64,000 nt of DNA from Burkholderiaceae bacterium. GTDB lineage: Bacteria > Pseudomonadota > Gammaproteobacteria > Burkholderiales > Burkholderiaceae_E. This document shows, in pieces, positions 1 to 8,933 of the stretch (its first letter is position 1; each line of letters opens with the position of its first letter). A model generated the notes under the pieces. It was not told the DNA's origin. It worked only from the letters and a program-made list of their open reading frames with translations, and made no database searches. Both the position numbers and the translations under genes were made by a program. Location of the stretch: NCBI GenBank assembly GCA_049680625.1, contig JBAUID010000151.1, positions 4,738 through 68,737 on the forward strand, given 5' to 3'.

Positions 1-1
1 G

Positions 2-223
2 GCACGCGAGCTCGGGCTACTCGAAATTTTATTGCAACGCATGGGCCGGTTGGTCAGCAAAGACCAGATTGTTGAACACCTGTGCGAATGGGGTGAAGAA
101 ATCAGCGCCAACGCGGTTGAGGTGTATATGCACCGACTGCGCAAAAAACTGGATGGTGGTGACGTCCGTATCGCAACTGTAAGAGGCCTTGGCTATTGCC
201 TTGAACGGCCTGCCGGCGCCTGA
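2..223 (+). CDS. OmpR/PhoB-family response regulator, C-terminal winged-helix DNA-binding domain (5' end outside the window)
   Basis: The open frame runs from the window edge. The tail ...VEVYMHRLRKKL...IATVRGLGYCLE is the typical trans_reg_C recognition helix and wing. A histidine kinase gene lies directly downstream. Confidence 0.75.
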   Translation, partial: ARELGLLEILLQRMGRLVSKDQIVEHLCEWGEEISANAVEVYMHRLRKKLDGGDVRIATVRGLGYCLERPAGA

Positions 224-268
224 CTACAAACCAGGCCGCTGAATTCCTTTGCCAATTGCCGATAACAG

Positions 269-1885
269 ATGAATCGACCAGAAAAACTCTCGTCGGTTTC
301 GTCGATTCTGGGCGACTTAATTCATACCCACGAGTCAAGCCCGTTCGAAATAGAGAGTCTCGAAAAAGCACCTACCCTGCCCGGCTCGCAGCCCAAGACT
401 GACAAAGCGTTCGAATCAAAATCACTGTTCGGGGAAATCCTCGACTTCATGCTGGCGCCGCTACTGCTGGTATGGCCACTGACCATCGTCATCACATTAA
501 TTGTTGCCCGCTCTCTGGCCGATGCACCGTATGACAAAGCGCTACACGATAAAACGCTGCTGCTGAGCCAACAGGTACAGTTTCGACACTCCGGGGACAA
601 ACTCGTGCCCTACGTGCCGCCCTCTGCCCATGAGTTGATTGCCAGTGACAATAAAAACCTGCGCTACCAGGTGCGCGATTCAAGCGGTCTGCCGATTTTC
701 GGAGAAGCCAAACTGCCCAGTCCGTCCTTGTACGACTACCCCGACCTCGGACAGGTCAGCTTTCGCACGATCCCGTTTAACGATCAAGACCTGCGAATCG
801 CTTATACCTATGTGCCAAAGGCTGATGCGCTGAGCCAGGGAAATCCCGTTCTGATTCAAATAGCCGAGGGTTTTGAACAACGCAACCAGTTAGCGAACAG
901 CATCATCAAGGGGGTCATCATTCCACAGTTTTTTGTGCTGCCGATCGCCGCCGCCCTGGTGTGGTTCGGACTGGCCAGAGGGTTGCGCCCGTTACGTGGC
1001 CTGAGAGATCGGATTCGCAGTCGCCGTCCTGATGACTTGTCACCTATTGATCCACAAAGTGCCCCACATGAAATTGTGCCGCTGGTCGAATCCTTCAACG
1101 AATTACTTGGCCAGCTGAACAACAATCTGCACAATCAGCGACGCTTTATCGCGGATGCCGCGCACCAAATGAAAACGCCACTGGCTGGTATTCGTATGCA
1201 AGCAGAACTTGCACTGCGCGAGACCGATCAGGACGAACGTAACCGTAGTCTGAAACAACTCGCACGCAGTTCAGAGCGCGCATCACATTTGATCAATCAA
1301 ATGCTGGCACTGGCCCGAACAGAAAATCTGACCGAAACAACCCGGTTCGAACGAACCGATTTAAACGACGTAGTGCGCGAGATAATAACCGAACTGGCCC
1401 CAATGGCAGTCAATGCCGATCTTGACCTCGGATTTGAAGCCAGCCCGAGCCCGGCCTGGATTCGTGCCAATTCGATTCTACTGGGTGAGCTGACTCAGAA
1501 TCTGACGACCAATGCCATTCGATACACACCAGCGGGTGGTGTTATCAACGTGGTTGTCAGCCAGGCAATGGATATCGTTTCACTGACTGTTGAAGACAAT
1601 GGCCCGGGCATCCCGGTGGCGGCGCGCGAAGAAGTTTTCTCGCGCTTTTATCGTCTCCGGGACCGCCTGGACAACAATGAAGAAGAGGCCCGGGGCAGTG
1701 GCCTCGGACTGGCAATCGTTCGTGAAATTGCCCGTTTACACCAGGCCAGAATCAATGTCTCGGACGGGCTTGCCTGGCCACGGGGTCGGGGAGCGGGGGT
1801 TGGTGCCGCCTTTGTGGTGCATTTTGATCGAATTGACCCTCAATCGCTAAAAATGGGCTTTGACAGTGCGCGATCGCATCGCTAG
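269..1885 (+). CDS. Two-component sensor histidine kinase (periplasmic sensor, HAMP, HisKA, HATPase_c; TctE/QseC-like)
   Basis: ATG at 269. Two TM segments flank a roughly 150-aa periplasmic region. H-box FIADAAHQMKTPL, N-box LTTNAIRYTP, G-boxes VEDNGPGIP and GSGLGLAIV. Confidence 0.85.
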   Translation: MNRPEKLSSVSSILGDLIHTHESSPFEIESLEKAPTLPGSQPKTDKAFESKSLFGEILDFMLAPLLLVWPLTIVITLIVARSLADAPYDKALHDKTLLLSQQVQFRHSGDKLVPYVPPSAHELIASDNKNLRYQVRDSSGLPIFGEAKLPSPSLYDYPDLGQVSFRTIPFNDQDLRIAYTYVPKADALSQGNPVLIQIAEGFEQRNQLANSIIKGVIIPQFFVLPIAAALVWFGLARGLRPLRGLRDRIRSRRPDDLSPIDPQSAPHEIVPLVESFNELLGQLNNNLHNQRRFIADAAHQMKTPLAGIRMQAELALRETDQDERNRSLKQLARSSERASHLINQMLALARTENLTETTRFERTDLNDVVREIITELAPMAVNADLDLGFEASPSPAWIRANSILLGELTQNLTTNAIRYTPAGGVINVVVSQAMDIVSLTVEDNGPGIPVAAREEVFSRFYRLRDRLDNNEEEARGSGLGLAIVREIARLHQARINVSDGLAWPRGRGAGVGAAFVVHFDRIDPQSLKMGFDSARSHR

Positions 1886-1888
1886 TAT
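1860..1888 (+). promoter_or_regulatory. Sigma70-type promoter for the downstream tRNA (TTGACA, 17-bp spacer, TAGTAT), embedded in the 3' end of the kinase gene
   Basis: TTGACA at 1860-1865, exact 17-bp spacer, TAGTAT at 1883-1888 (this includes the kinase stop TAG). The tRNA 5' end lies 11 nt downstream. Confidence 0.55.
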
Positions 1889-1898
1889 TTCGCCCTTC

Positions 1899-1975
<77 letters not shown>

Positions 1976-2205
1976 ATATTTTCCAGCTATTTCTGGCTGC
2001 GCCTGGCATCGGCGGGCCCGCATAGGCTGAATCGGCCGCACCGGCCGGCCCGGTAACCCTGCAACCTGGGAAAGTCAGCTTTTGTTGCCTGACAGTCCAG
2101 CGACCAACCGATTGATATCATCAGTCGGTACAGTGGCAACCGAAATTTCCCGGAACTCCGGGCCGGAAAGCCTGAAGTCGAACCCGCTTGCGGTATCCTC
2201 TCGTC

Positions 2206-2553
2206 ATGAAATATCCCCTGATTGTGATCCGGCTTACCCAGTTCCTGTTGGTCGGCCTAATTTCGCTGGCTATCCCGGCAGGCTATGCCCTTGCCCAGGC
2301 CAGGGCTCTGCCGGCTGAAGCCAGAACCGGCAACCTGACCATGGGCGTTTTTCCGGTTGCTGCGGTTAATGGCAAACCTGTCCGCTTCTCTCCTGGCGCC
2401 CGCATACTGAACCAAGCCAATCAGCTGGTCCTGCCCGCGAGCGTTACCGGCAAAGTGCCGATAGCCTACATTCTTGATTTTCAGGGTCAGATCAAGCAAG
2501 CGTGGTTAGTATCAAATGCGGAAATCACCGCGCTCAATCGACGCAAGCGATAG
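2206..2553 (+). CDS. Hypothetical secreted protein (about 115 aa)
   Basis: ATG at 2206 gives [32 protein letters not shown], a signal-peptide-like N-terminus. The ORF ends 9 nt before miaB. I recognise no family. Confidence 0.45.
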   Translation: MKYPLIVIRLTQFLLVGLISLAIPAGYALAQARALPAEARTGNLTMGVFPVAAVNGKPVRFSPGARILNQANQLVLPASVTGKVPIAYILDFQGQIKQAWLVSNAEITALNRRKR

Positions 2554-2561
2554 GCCCGACA

Positions 2562-3896
2562 ATGGCACGCAAGTTATATATCAAGACATTCGGTTGTCAG
2601 ATGAATGAATACGATTCTGACAAAATGGCCGATGTTCTCAATGACGATGAAGGTATTGTCTCCGTTGAAAAAATGGAAGATGCTGACATCGTGCTCTACA
2701 ACACGTGTTCGGTTCGGGAAAAAGCTCAGGAAAAAGTATTTTCCGACCTCGGCAGGGCCCGCGCACTAAAAGAGAAAAATCCCAGCCTGGTAATTGGTGT
2801 GGGTGGCTGTGTTGCGAGCCAGGAAGGTGAATCAATCATCAGCCGTGCACCGTTTGTCGACCTCGTGTTTGGCCCCCAAACATTGCATCGCCTGCCCGCT
2901 ATGATTTCAACGGCAAAACGAACCGGCAAAGCTCAGGTTGATATCAGTTTTCCTGAAATCGAAAAATTTGATCACCTGCCTCCGGCGCGAGTCGATGGAT
3001 GTAAAGCGTTTGTATCCATCATGGAAGGATGCAGTAAATACTGCAGCTTTTGTGTTGTCCCTTACACCCGCGGCGAAGAGGTCTCGCGGCCTCTGGCAGA
3101 TATCCTGACCGACGTCGCAGAACTGGCCGACCAGGGAGTCCGGGAAGTCACTTTGCTCGGGCAAAATGTCAACGCCTGGGTTGGTCCTTTTGAGGGTAGT
3201 TCCGATGTCACCGAGGCGGATTTTGCCACCCTGCTTGAATTTGTCTGTGATATTCCCGGGATCGAGCGCATTCGTTATACAACGTCTCACCCGCGCGAGT
3301 TTGGTAACCGCCTGATCCAGGCACACGCCCACCTGGACAAACTACCGCAACATGTTCACCTGCCGGTACAAGCTGGTTCGGATCGAATTTTGTCAGCAAT
3401 GAAGCGCGGCTATACCAGCCTGGAATTCAAGTCGATTGTGCGCCGCCTGCGAAACGCCTGCCCCGACATCGCGATTTCATCAGATTTCATTGTTGGCTTT
3501 CCTGGCGAAACTGAAGCTGATTTCGAGCAAACAATGAATCTGGTTCGTTCAGTTGGCTTTGATTCTTCGTTCAGTTTTATCTACAGCCCCCGCCCTGGCA
3601 CACCGGCGGCTAACCTACCCGATGACACGCCCCATTCGGTCAAACTGGAGCGTCTGCAACGCCTGCAAGCCGAAATTACTGCGAACGCCGCCGCCATCAG
3701 CGATGCCATGGTTGGCAGTATTCAACCGGTTCTGGTGGATGGTTTGTCAAAAAAGAGCAACGCCCAGGTCAGCGGCAGGACCGGAAACAATCGCATTGTT
3801 AATTTTGACGGTGACCCATCTCTCATCGGGTCAATGGTCAATATCAAAATTACCGAAGCCCTGCCTCATTCGTTGCGTGGTGTTCCATGCGAATGA
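2562..3896 (+). CDS. miaB: tRNA-2-methylthio-N6-dimethylallyladenosine synthase (radical SAM methylthiotransferase)
   Basis: N-terminus [19 protein letters not shown], radical SAM motif [16 protein letters not shown]-terminal TRAM domain. The ATG at 2562 fits the family N-terminus better than the longer ORF start at 2502. Confidence 0.95.
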   Translation: MARKLYIKTFGCQMNEYDSDKMADVLNDDEGIVSVEKMEDADIVLYNTCSVREKAQEKVFSDLGRARALKEKNPSLVIGVGGCVASQEGESIISRAPFVDLVFGPQTLHRLPAMISTAKRTGKAQVDISFPEIEKFDHLPPARVDGCKAFVSIMEGCSKYCSFCVVPYTRGEEVSRPLADILTDVAELADQGVREVTLLGQNVNAWVGPFEGSSDVTEADFATLLEFVCDIPGIERIRYTTSHPREFGNRLIQAHAHLDKLPQHVHLPVQAGSDRILSAMKRGYTSLEFKSIVRRLRNACPDIAISSDFIVGFPGETEADFEQTMNLVRSVGFDSSFSFIYSPRPGTPAANLPDDTPHSVKLERLQRLQAEITANAAAISDAMVGSIQPVLVDGLSKKSNAQVSGRTGNNRIVNFDGDPSLIGSMVNIKITEALPHSLRGVPCE

Positions 3897-5314
3897 ACGG
3901 GATACGGCCAGCGACGAATAAGTTTTTTGTCGCTGCCTTCCTGACCCTGGTCATTGGCCTGCCAGTTCAGGCCTCCTCGTTTTTCAAAAACGAATCGGTT
4001 GCCCAGCTTTCTATCGACAAAAAGAATGCACCGACAAGCCAGGTGGAAAAAACAGCTTACGAATCGCCATTCGCCCAACTACTCCGTTCAGCGCGGCGGC
4101 TGATAGAAATTCGGCAATACGATCTGGCCTACGAGGCCCTCAACGAACGGATCAATTTCTATGCCGGCGATGTTGAGTACGACTACCTGCTTGGCATTGC
4201 CGCTCTGGAAAATGACCGCCCGTCCGAGGCAATTCTCGCGCTTGAGCGAGTATTGATCAATGACCCGCAGCATCTTCAGGCCCGGGCCGAAATTGCCCGC
4301 GCCTACTTGCAGGTACGTGAAAACACGACGGCGCGACGCGAATTCGAGGCGGTTGCAGCGCAAAACTTACCACCCGAAGTCGACGCAGTTGTTGCCCGAT
4401 ATATCGACGCACTGTCGCGAGTAAAAAATCAACCGGATTCACGCATCACTTACACCATAGTTTTGCAATCGGGTTATGACAACAACGTCAATATCGGCAG
4501 TGCGCAAAATAGCTGGCTATTGTCTGACGGCACCCAGGTTCTGCCACTTGGGCAAAATCGTCCACGTAAGTCGGCCCTTTTGGGCGTTGGAGGCGGTATT
4601 GATATAGCCACTCCGATCAACGGCAGGCTGCAGTGGATAACTGGTCTGCACGGTATGCTCCACAGATACCCGAGCGCGCATACACTGGACCAAGAGCAGG
4701 TCGACATCTCGACCGGACTCGCCTATCGGAAAGATTGTCACCAATTTAAAATGCTTGGCCAGATGCAAACACTTCGTGTAGACGGCGGCTCGTTTCGAAA
4801 CGCAGCCGGCGTTGTCGGGCAATGGCAGTGCGATTTAAGCGCGCGCCAACAGCTCGGCGGTTTCGCTCAGCGCTTTGAACTCCGGTTTCCGGATGCCCAG
4901 GCGCGCGATGCATCACGCCAGTCACTGGGTGTTTCATTTGCCCAGAAATTGCCGACAAGCGCCATCTTCCTGAGCACTGTGCATTTGGGCAGAGAGTATT
5001 CCCGGGCGGGCCTCGACAACCTCAGTTTTGATTTCACGGGTATCCGCATGTTGCTGTCCGCTCCAATCTTTGCAGATTGGACCGGTTCATTAGGCTTCAA
5101 TTGGGAAGAGCGCCGTTTCGACGGCGCCGAACCGCTATTCGGGGTTACGCGCCACGACTGGCAAACGGAATTAACACTGGGCCTAGAAAGCGCCCTCGAT
5201 GAGAACTGGACTTTGCAACCAGAATTAGTCCTGACTCGAAATCGATCGACGCTCGCACCCAGCGACTACCGCCGAACCCGGGCTCAACTCGTCGCACGCT
5301 ACCGACTTCAGTAG
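3887..5314 (+). CDS. Outer-membrane protein with N-terminal TPR region and C-terminal beta-barrel (architecture of Slam / DUF560 type 11 secretion translocators)
   Basis: Signal peptide ...LPVQA/SS. TPR-like helices at about aa 60-165 ([43 protein letters not shown]...). Then about 290 aa of alternating amphipathic strands beginning [18 protein letters not shown]. The start overlaps the miaB stop. Confidence 0.6.
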   Translation: MRMNGIRPATNKFFVAAFLTLVIGLPVQASSFFKNESVAQLSIDKKNAPTSQVEKTAYESPFAQLLRSARRLIEIRQYDLAYEALNERINFYAGDVEYDYLLGIAALENDRPSEAILALERVLINDPQHLQARAEIARAYLQVRENTTARREFEAVAAQNLPPEVDAVVARYIDALSRVKNQPDSRITYTIVLQSGYDNNVNIGSAQNSWLLSDGTQVLPLGQNRPRKSALLGVGGGIDIATPINGRLQWITGLHGMLHRYPSAHTLDQEQVDISTGLAYRKDCHQFKMLGQMQTLRVDGGSFRNAAGVVGQWQCDLSARQQLGGFAQRFELRFPDAQARDASRQSLGVSFAQKLPTSAIFLSTVHLGREYSRAGLDNLSFDFTGIRMLLSAPIFADWTGSLGFNWEERRFDGAEPLFGVTRHDWQTELTLGLESALDENWTLQPELVLTRNRSTLAPSDYRRTRAQLVARYRLQ

Positions 5315-5325
5315 GTCGCGGCGCC

Positions 5326-7269
5326 GTGGTCAGCCACGCACAGGGCTTCCTGCAACGGATGGCCCGACAATCTGTCGTTGGGCGAACCTATAGCCAGATC
5401 TCTGGCGTGCTTTTCAGCCTGCTGCTGGCATTTCCGACGCTTTGTCTTGCTCAGGCTGGCGCAATCGTCGCCACTGCGGGTGACAATTCTGTCGTTCGTG
5501 CGCAAGCAGTAATTACCCCGCTTAAACCCGGTATTGCCGTACAACAAGGCGACAGTATTGTTACTGCCCCTGCCGGCCGCCTACAGGTTCGATTCGCAGA
5601 CGGCGCTTTTCTCTCGATGCAGCCCAATACCCGGTTTCAGATTGATGAGCACCGCTTTAGCAATAACGAGGAGCGCAGCTTTTTATCGTTATTACGCGGT
5701 GCAATCCGTATGGCCAGCGGCTTGATTGGCAAACGCACAAACGAAGACTTCAAGCTCAACACGCCGTCGGCCACCATTGGTATTCGTGGAACACATTTTG
5801 TAGTTGAACACACTGTTTGTGATCCGTTGTGCTCTCCAGGCACCAGTCCGGGCACAAGAATCGCAGTGACCGAAGGGCGAGTTATCGTGTCAAACGACAG
5901 CGGAACAATCGAACTGGGCCAAAACGAATCGGCCCTGATCGAAAACCATAGCAGCCTGCCCCAGTTTATCCAATGGAAGCCACAACTCACGCCACGTTCA
6001 ATTGAACTACCCGCCGGACCACCCGGACAGCCCTCGGCCCCGGCAGCCCCGGGCAGGACTGAGTTGAACATTCCTGCGACCAGCTCTCCAACCGATCAAC
6101 CCATTGATAGCCGCACCCCATTCTCACGCTGGGTAGATGACCCTCCGCGTGTTGCCCGCGACCGGCAACGCGCCGAGAATCCCGTGGGTTCACCACGGCT
6201 GGGTTTCGAACTTGACCGCCCGCTGCCGCTACCCAACCCGGCCGAAAGTGCCCGGCGTGATGCAAACGGACAGTTCCCCGAACTGGCAACACTAGCACCA
6301 AACGATCCGGACACCGATGACAGCGATCATAGGGGTGACAACACCGGCGACAACGGTAGCAACAGCGGAAGCGGTAGCAACAGCGGTAGCAATAGCGGCG
6401 GCGACTACGACAACGGAAATTCGGGTGGTGATGACAGCGGCCGCAACGACAGCGGCGAAGAACCAATTGATGATATTGCCAGCCCGACACCGCCACCGTC
6501 GAACCCCGGGCCGTCATCCGGCCCAACCGATGCAAGCGGCTGGCTGATCAGTTTGCAACCGATTCCCGGCACGATTCACAACGGATTAATTGCCGGCGAT
6601 AACCTGCTGACCTTTGACGACAACCTCGGCCTGCAGTCGATTGGACACTGTGACGCTGGCATTTGCCTGTCACGCGGCAGCGCTAAGCTGGCTGAAGCAG
6701 GGCATGATGATTACGCAGCCTGGGGCCGATGGACCAATGGCAATATGGATGTTGTCGTGTTTGGACTGCGAACCGCCGTGGCACTAAGTGCCAACGAAGG
6801 AATGCATTACATCACCGGCGCGCCGGCGCTGAGTTTGCCGGCAAGTGGCGCATTTACCTATAACCTGACTGCCGCGACCGCACCGACGATGTCGCATGAC
6901 TGGTATACCCCGGGTAGCTTTAGTGGCCGCGCCGCGGTGCAATTTGCGCCTGGTGTTGCCCCAAGAGTCGGGCTATCTGGCCAGGTTAACCTGGCCGGTG
7001 ACCAGTTTCAATTCAGCACTGCTGGCGGAGCCGAGAATCCAGCCGCAAGCCAGCTGAGCCTGAATAACAATCAACAGTTCAGCGGTCTTGTAACTGCAAC
7101 CGGCAGTGGCACCAATCTGCCGTGGATGTGTGGTTCTCATGGGTGCAGCACCCAGATTCGGGGCGCATTATTCGGTCCAACCGGCGAGCGTCTCGGCTTG
7201 TCGTACACAATCCGCAGCGAAAGCGCCTCGACTACAATTGACGGTGTCAGTATATTTAGCCGTCCCTAA
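5326..7269 (+). CDS. Secreted FecR-domain protein with low-complexity linker and TbpB/fHbp-like C-terminal beta-barrel domain (candidate Slam cargo)
   Basis: GTG at 5326 or ATG at 5359. Signal peptide ...LAFPTLCLAQA. FecR-like block RLQVRFADGAFLSMQPNTRFQIDEHRF...LLRGAIRMASG...IGIRGTHFVV. P/S/G/N/D-rich linker. C-terminal pattern AWGRWTNG, GAFTYNL, GRAAVQF, LSGQVNL, IRGALFGPTGERLGLSY. Confidence 0.6.
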   Translation: MVSHAQGFLQRMARQSVVGRTYSQISGVLFSLLLAFPTLCLAQAGAIVATAGDNSVVRAQAVITPLKPGIAVQQGDSIVTAPAGRLQVRFADGAFLSMQPNTRFQIDEHRFSNNEERSFLSLLRGAIRMASGLIGKRTNEDFKLNTPSATIGIRGTHFVVEHTVCDPLCSPGTSPGTRIAVTEGRVIVSNDSGTIELGQNESALIENHSSLPQFIQWKPQLTPRSIELPAGPPGQPSAPAAPGRTELNIPATSSPTDQPIDSRTPFSRWVDDPPRVARDRQRAENPVGSPRLGFELDRPLPLPNPAESARRDANGQFPELATLAPNDPDTDDSDHRGDNTGDNGSNSGSGSNSGSNSGGDYDNGNSGGDDSGRNDSGEEPIDDIASPTPPPSNPGPSSGPTDASGWLISLQPIPGTIHNGLIAGDNLLTFDDNLGLQSIGHCDAGICLSRGSAKLAEAGHDDYAAWGRWTNGNMDVVVFGLRTAVALSANEGMHYITGAPALSLPASGAFTYNLTAATAPTMSHDWYTPGSFSGRAAVQFAPGVAPRVGLSGQVNLAGDQFQFSTAGGAENPAASQLSLNNNQQFSGLVTATGSGTNLPWMCGSHGCSTQIRGALFGPTGERLGLSYTIRSESASTTIDGVSIFSRP

Positions 7270-7304
7270 GCCTGCACAGCCCAGGCCAACCAACCGGGTT
7301 ATTA

Positions 7305-8327
7305 GTGAACAACCAGAATATCGTAGTGAAGAACCAAACGATCGCATTTTCTCCGGAACCACTCGATAACAAGCGCCTGGCCAACCTGTGTGGCGCTCTG
7401 GATGCCAATATCAGGCAAATCGCCGAAACCCTGGAAGTCAAGATTGGACGACGTGCCAATAAGTTCTCGATTCAGGGAGATCCAGTTAAGGCTGAGCGGG
7501 CCCGCCAGGCTCTGGATCGGTTTTATCAACAGGCAAGCGATCCTCTGAACAGTGAAGATATCCAGCTCGAGTTAATCGACCTGACTCACAGCCCGGCTCA
7601 AGCGGAGAATGACGCCGGTGGCGCAAAAAGCGCCAGAGACGCCAGTGACGAATCACCCACCCTGCACACGCGACGAACCGATCTGCAAGGTCGCACCCCC
7701 AAACAGCGTGAATACCTGCGCAACATCGTCTCACACGATGTAACTATCGGTATTGGGCCAGCCGGTACCGGCAAAACCTATCTGGCCGTTGCCTGTGCCG
7801 TAGACGCACTCGAGCGCGAATCCGTCAAACGCATCGTATTGACCCGGCCTGCCGTCGAAGCCGGTGAGCGCCTGGGATTCCTGCCCGGCGATCTGGCGCA
7901 AAAAGTTGATCCGTATTTGCGACCGCTATACGACGCTTTGTACGACTTGATGGGAGTCGAAAAAACTCAACGGATGTTTGAGAAACAAGTCATCGAAATT
8001 GCCCCGCTTGCTTATATGCGTGGCCGCACGCTGAATCACGCTTTTATCATCCTTGATGAAGCGCAGAACACCACACCAGAACAAATGAAAATGTTCCTGA
8101 CCCGACTGGGCTTTGGCTCGCGCGCAGTAGTAACCGGTGATACCTCGCAAATTGATTTACCGCGCGGTCAACCCTCGGGTCTGATTCAAGCCTGTCGGAT
8201 ACTGCAATCCGTGCCGGGGATAGCGCAGACTGAATTTTCATCCAGAGATGTTGTCCGCCACCCATTGGTTGCCCGTATTGTTGATGCCTATGCCCGCGAA
8301 GAAACTGGCCTGCGAGAAAGAGGTTAA
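7305..8327 (+). CDS. ybeZ: PhoH-like ATPase (YbeZ)
   Basis: GTG start. DNKRLANLCG...NIRQIAE N-terminal motif, Walker A GPAGTGKTYLA, Walker B FIILDEAQN, and VVTGDTSQIDLP. Confidence 0.9.
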   Translation: MNNQNIVVKNQTIAFSPEPLDNKRLANLCGALDANIRQIAETLEVKIGRRANKFSIQGDPVKAERARQALDRFYQQASDPLNSEDIQLELIDLTHSPAQAENDAGGAKSARDASDESPTLHTRRTDLQGRTPKQREYLRNIVSHDVTIGIGPAGTGKTYLAVACAVDALERESVKRIVLTRPAVEAGERLGFLPGDLAQKVDPYLRPLYDALYDLMGVEKTQRMFEKQVIEIAPLAYMRGRTLNHAFIILDEAQNTTPEQMKMFLTRLGFGSRAVVTGDTSQIDLPRGQPSGLIQACRILQSVPGIAQTEFSSRDVVRHPLVARIVDAYAREETGLRERG

Positions 8328-8772
8328 TCAATCGTATCGCCTGAAGCTGAGCATTCAGTACGCAGGCTCAGTGCGGATCGCACCGTTGACCGAACGCGGT
8401 CTGCGAGCCATAGCCAAAGCAAGCCTGGAATCGAACTTCGATGTCACGATTCGCTTTGTTCCGCGTGCTGAAGCACAGGCCCTGAATCACAGTTACCGGG
8501 CCCGCTCGTATACGCCGAATGTCCTGACTTTTTCGTACCTCCCGCAAGCCAGCGCAGACATTGTCATCTGTACCCCGGTGGTACGTGAGCAGGCAAAAGA
8601 GCAAGGGAAAACCTTTGCCGGGCACCTGGCTCACTTAGTTGTTCACGGCATGTTGCACGCTCAGGGCTATGACCATCAATCCGATTGCCAGGCCAGAGCC
8701 ATGGAAAGCCGGGAACAGGCGATTTTGGCTGGATTTGGCATTGCCGACCCCTACCGGGTAGCACCCAAGTGA
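8284..8772 (+). CDS. ybeY: rRNA maturation endoribonuclease YbeY
   Basis: Zinc motif HLVVHGMLHAQGYDH, plus NHSYRARSYTPNVLTF. The only canonical in-frame starts are ATG 8284 and ATG 8290, which overlap the phoH 3' end by about 40 nt. Confidence 0.85.
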   Translation: MPMPAKKLACEKEVNQSYRLKLSIQYAGSVRIAPLTERGLRAIAKASLESNFDVTIRFVPRAEAQALNHSYRARSYTPNVLTFSYLPQASADIVICTPVVREQAKEQGKTFAGHLAHLVVHGMLHAQGYDHQSDCQARAMESREQAILAGFGIADPYRVAPK

Positions 8773-8785
8773 GCCGCCACCGAGG

Positions 8786-8845
8786 CTGCCGGCCGGGCCG
8801 CCAAAGGAACTGCCGGCCGGGCCGCCAAAGGAACTGCCGGCCGGG
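8786..8845. repeat. 24-bp perfect tandem repeat, about 2.5 copies (CTGCCGGCCGGGCCGCCAAAGGAA)
   Basis: Copy 1 at 8786-8809, copy 2 at 8810-8833, partial copy at 8834-8845 running into a G7 tract. It lies in the ybeY-corC intergenic spacer. Confidence 0.85.
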
Positions 8846-8933
8846 GGGGCAATCGGTTGATTTCTTACAGGGCTGGTGCGTTTGGCCGGTCTTGGGTTAT
8901 CCTGACGCCTGTCGCAGCCGATCAACATGCTAG

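Noticed and set aside
2502-2561. Longer miaB ORF start at 2502, and longer starts for the amgK-like, pepP, tolQ, TAXI SBP, dctP, DUF934, cysI and uup genes
   Set aside because: The upstream extensions overlap preceding genes or add non-conserved residues. Internal ATGs match family N-termini and, in most cases, follow Shine-Dalgarno-like sequences.
5987-6535. 182-aa minus-strand ORF opposite the FecR-protein linker
   Set aside because: The Cys/Arg-rich repetitive translation is generated by the antisense of the GSNS/GDN codon repeats. It has no start context.
8635-8933. ORFs 8635-8928 (minus) and 8685-8933 (plus) spanning the 24-bp tandem repeat; also considered as a mini CRISPR
   Set aside because: The translations are repeat-driven (GSSFGGPA x2 and RPGRQRNC x2) with no start context. 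The repeats are directly adjacent with no spacers and there are no cas genes, so it is neither coding nor CRISPR.
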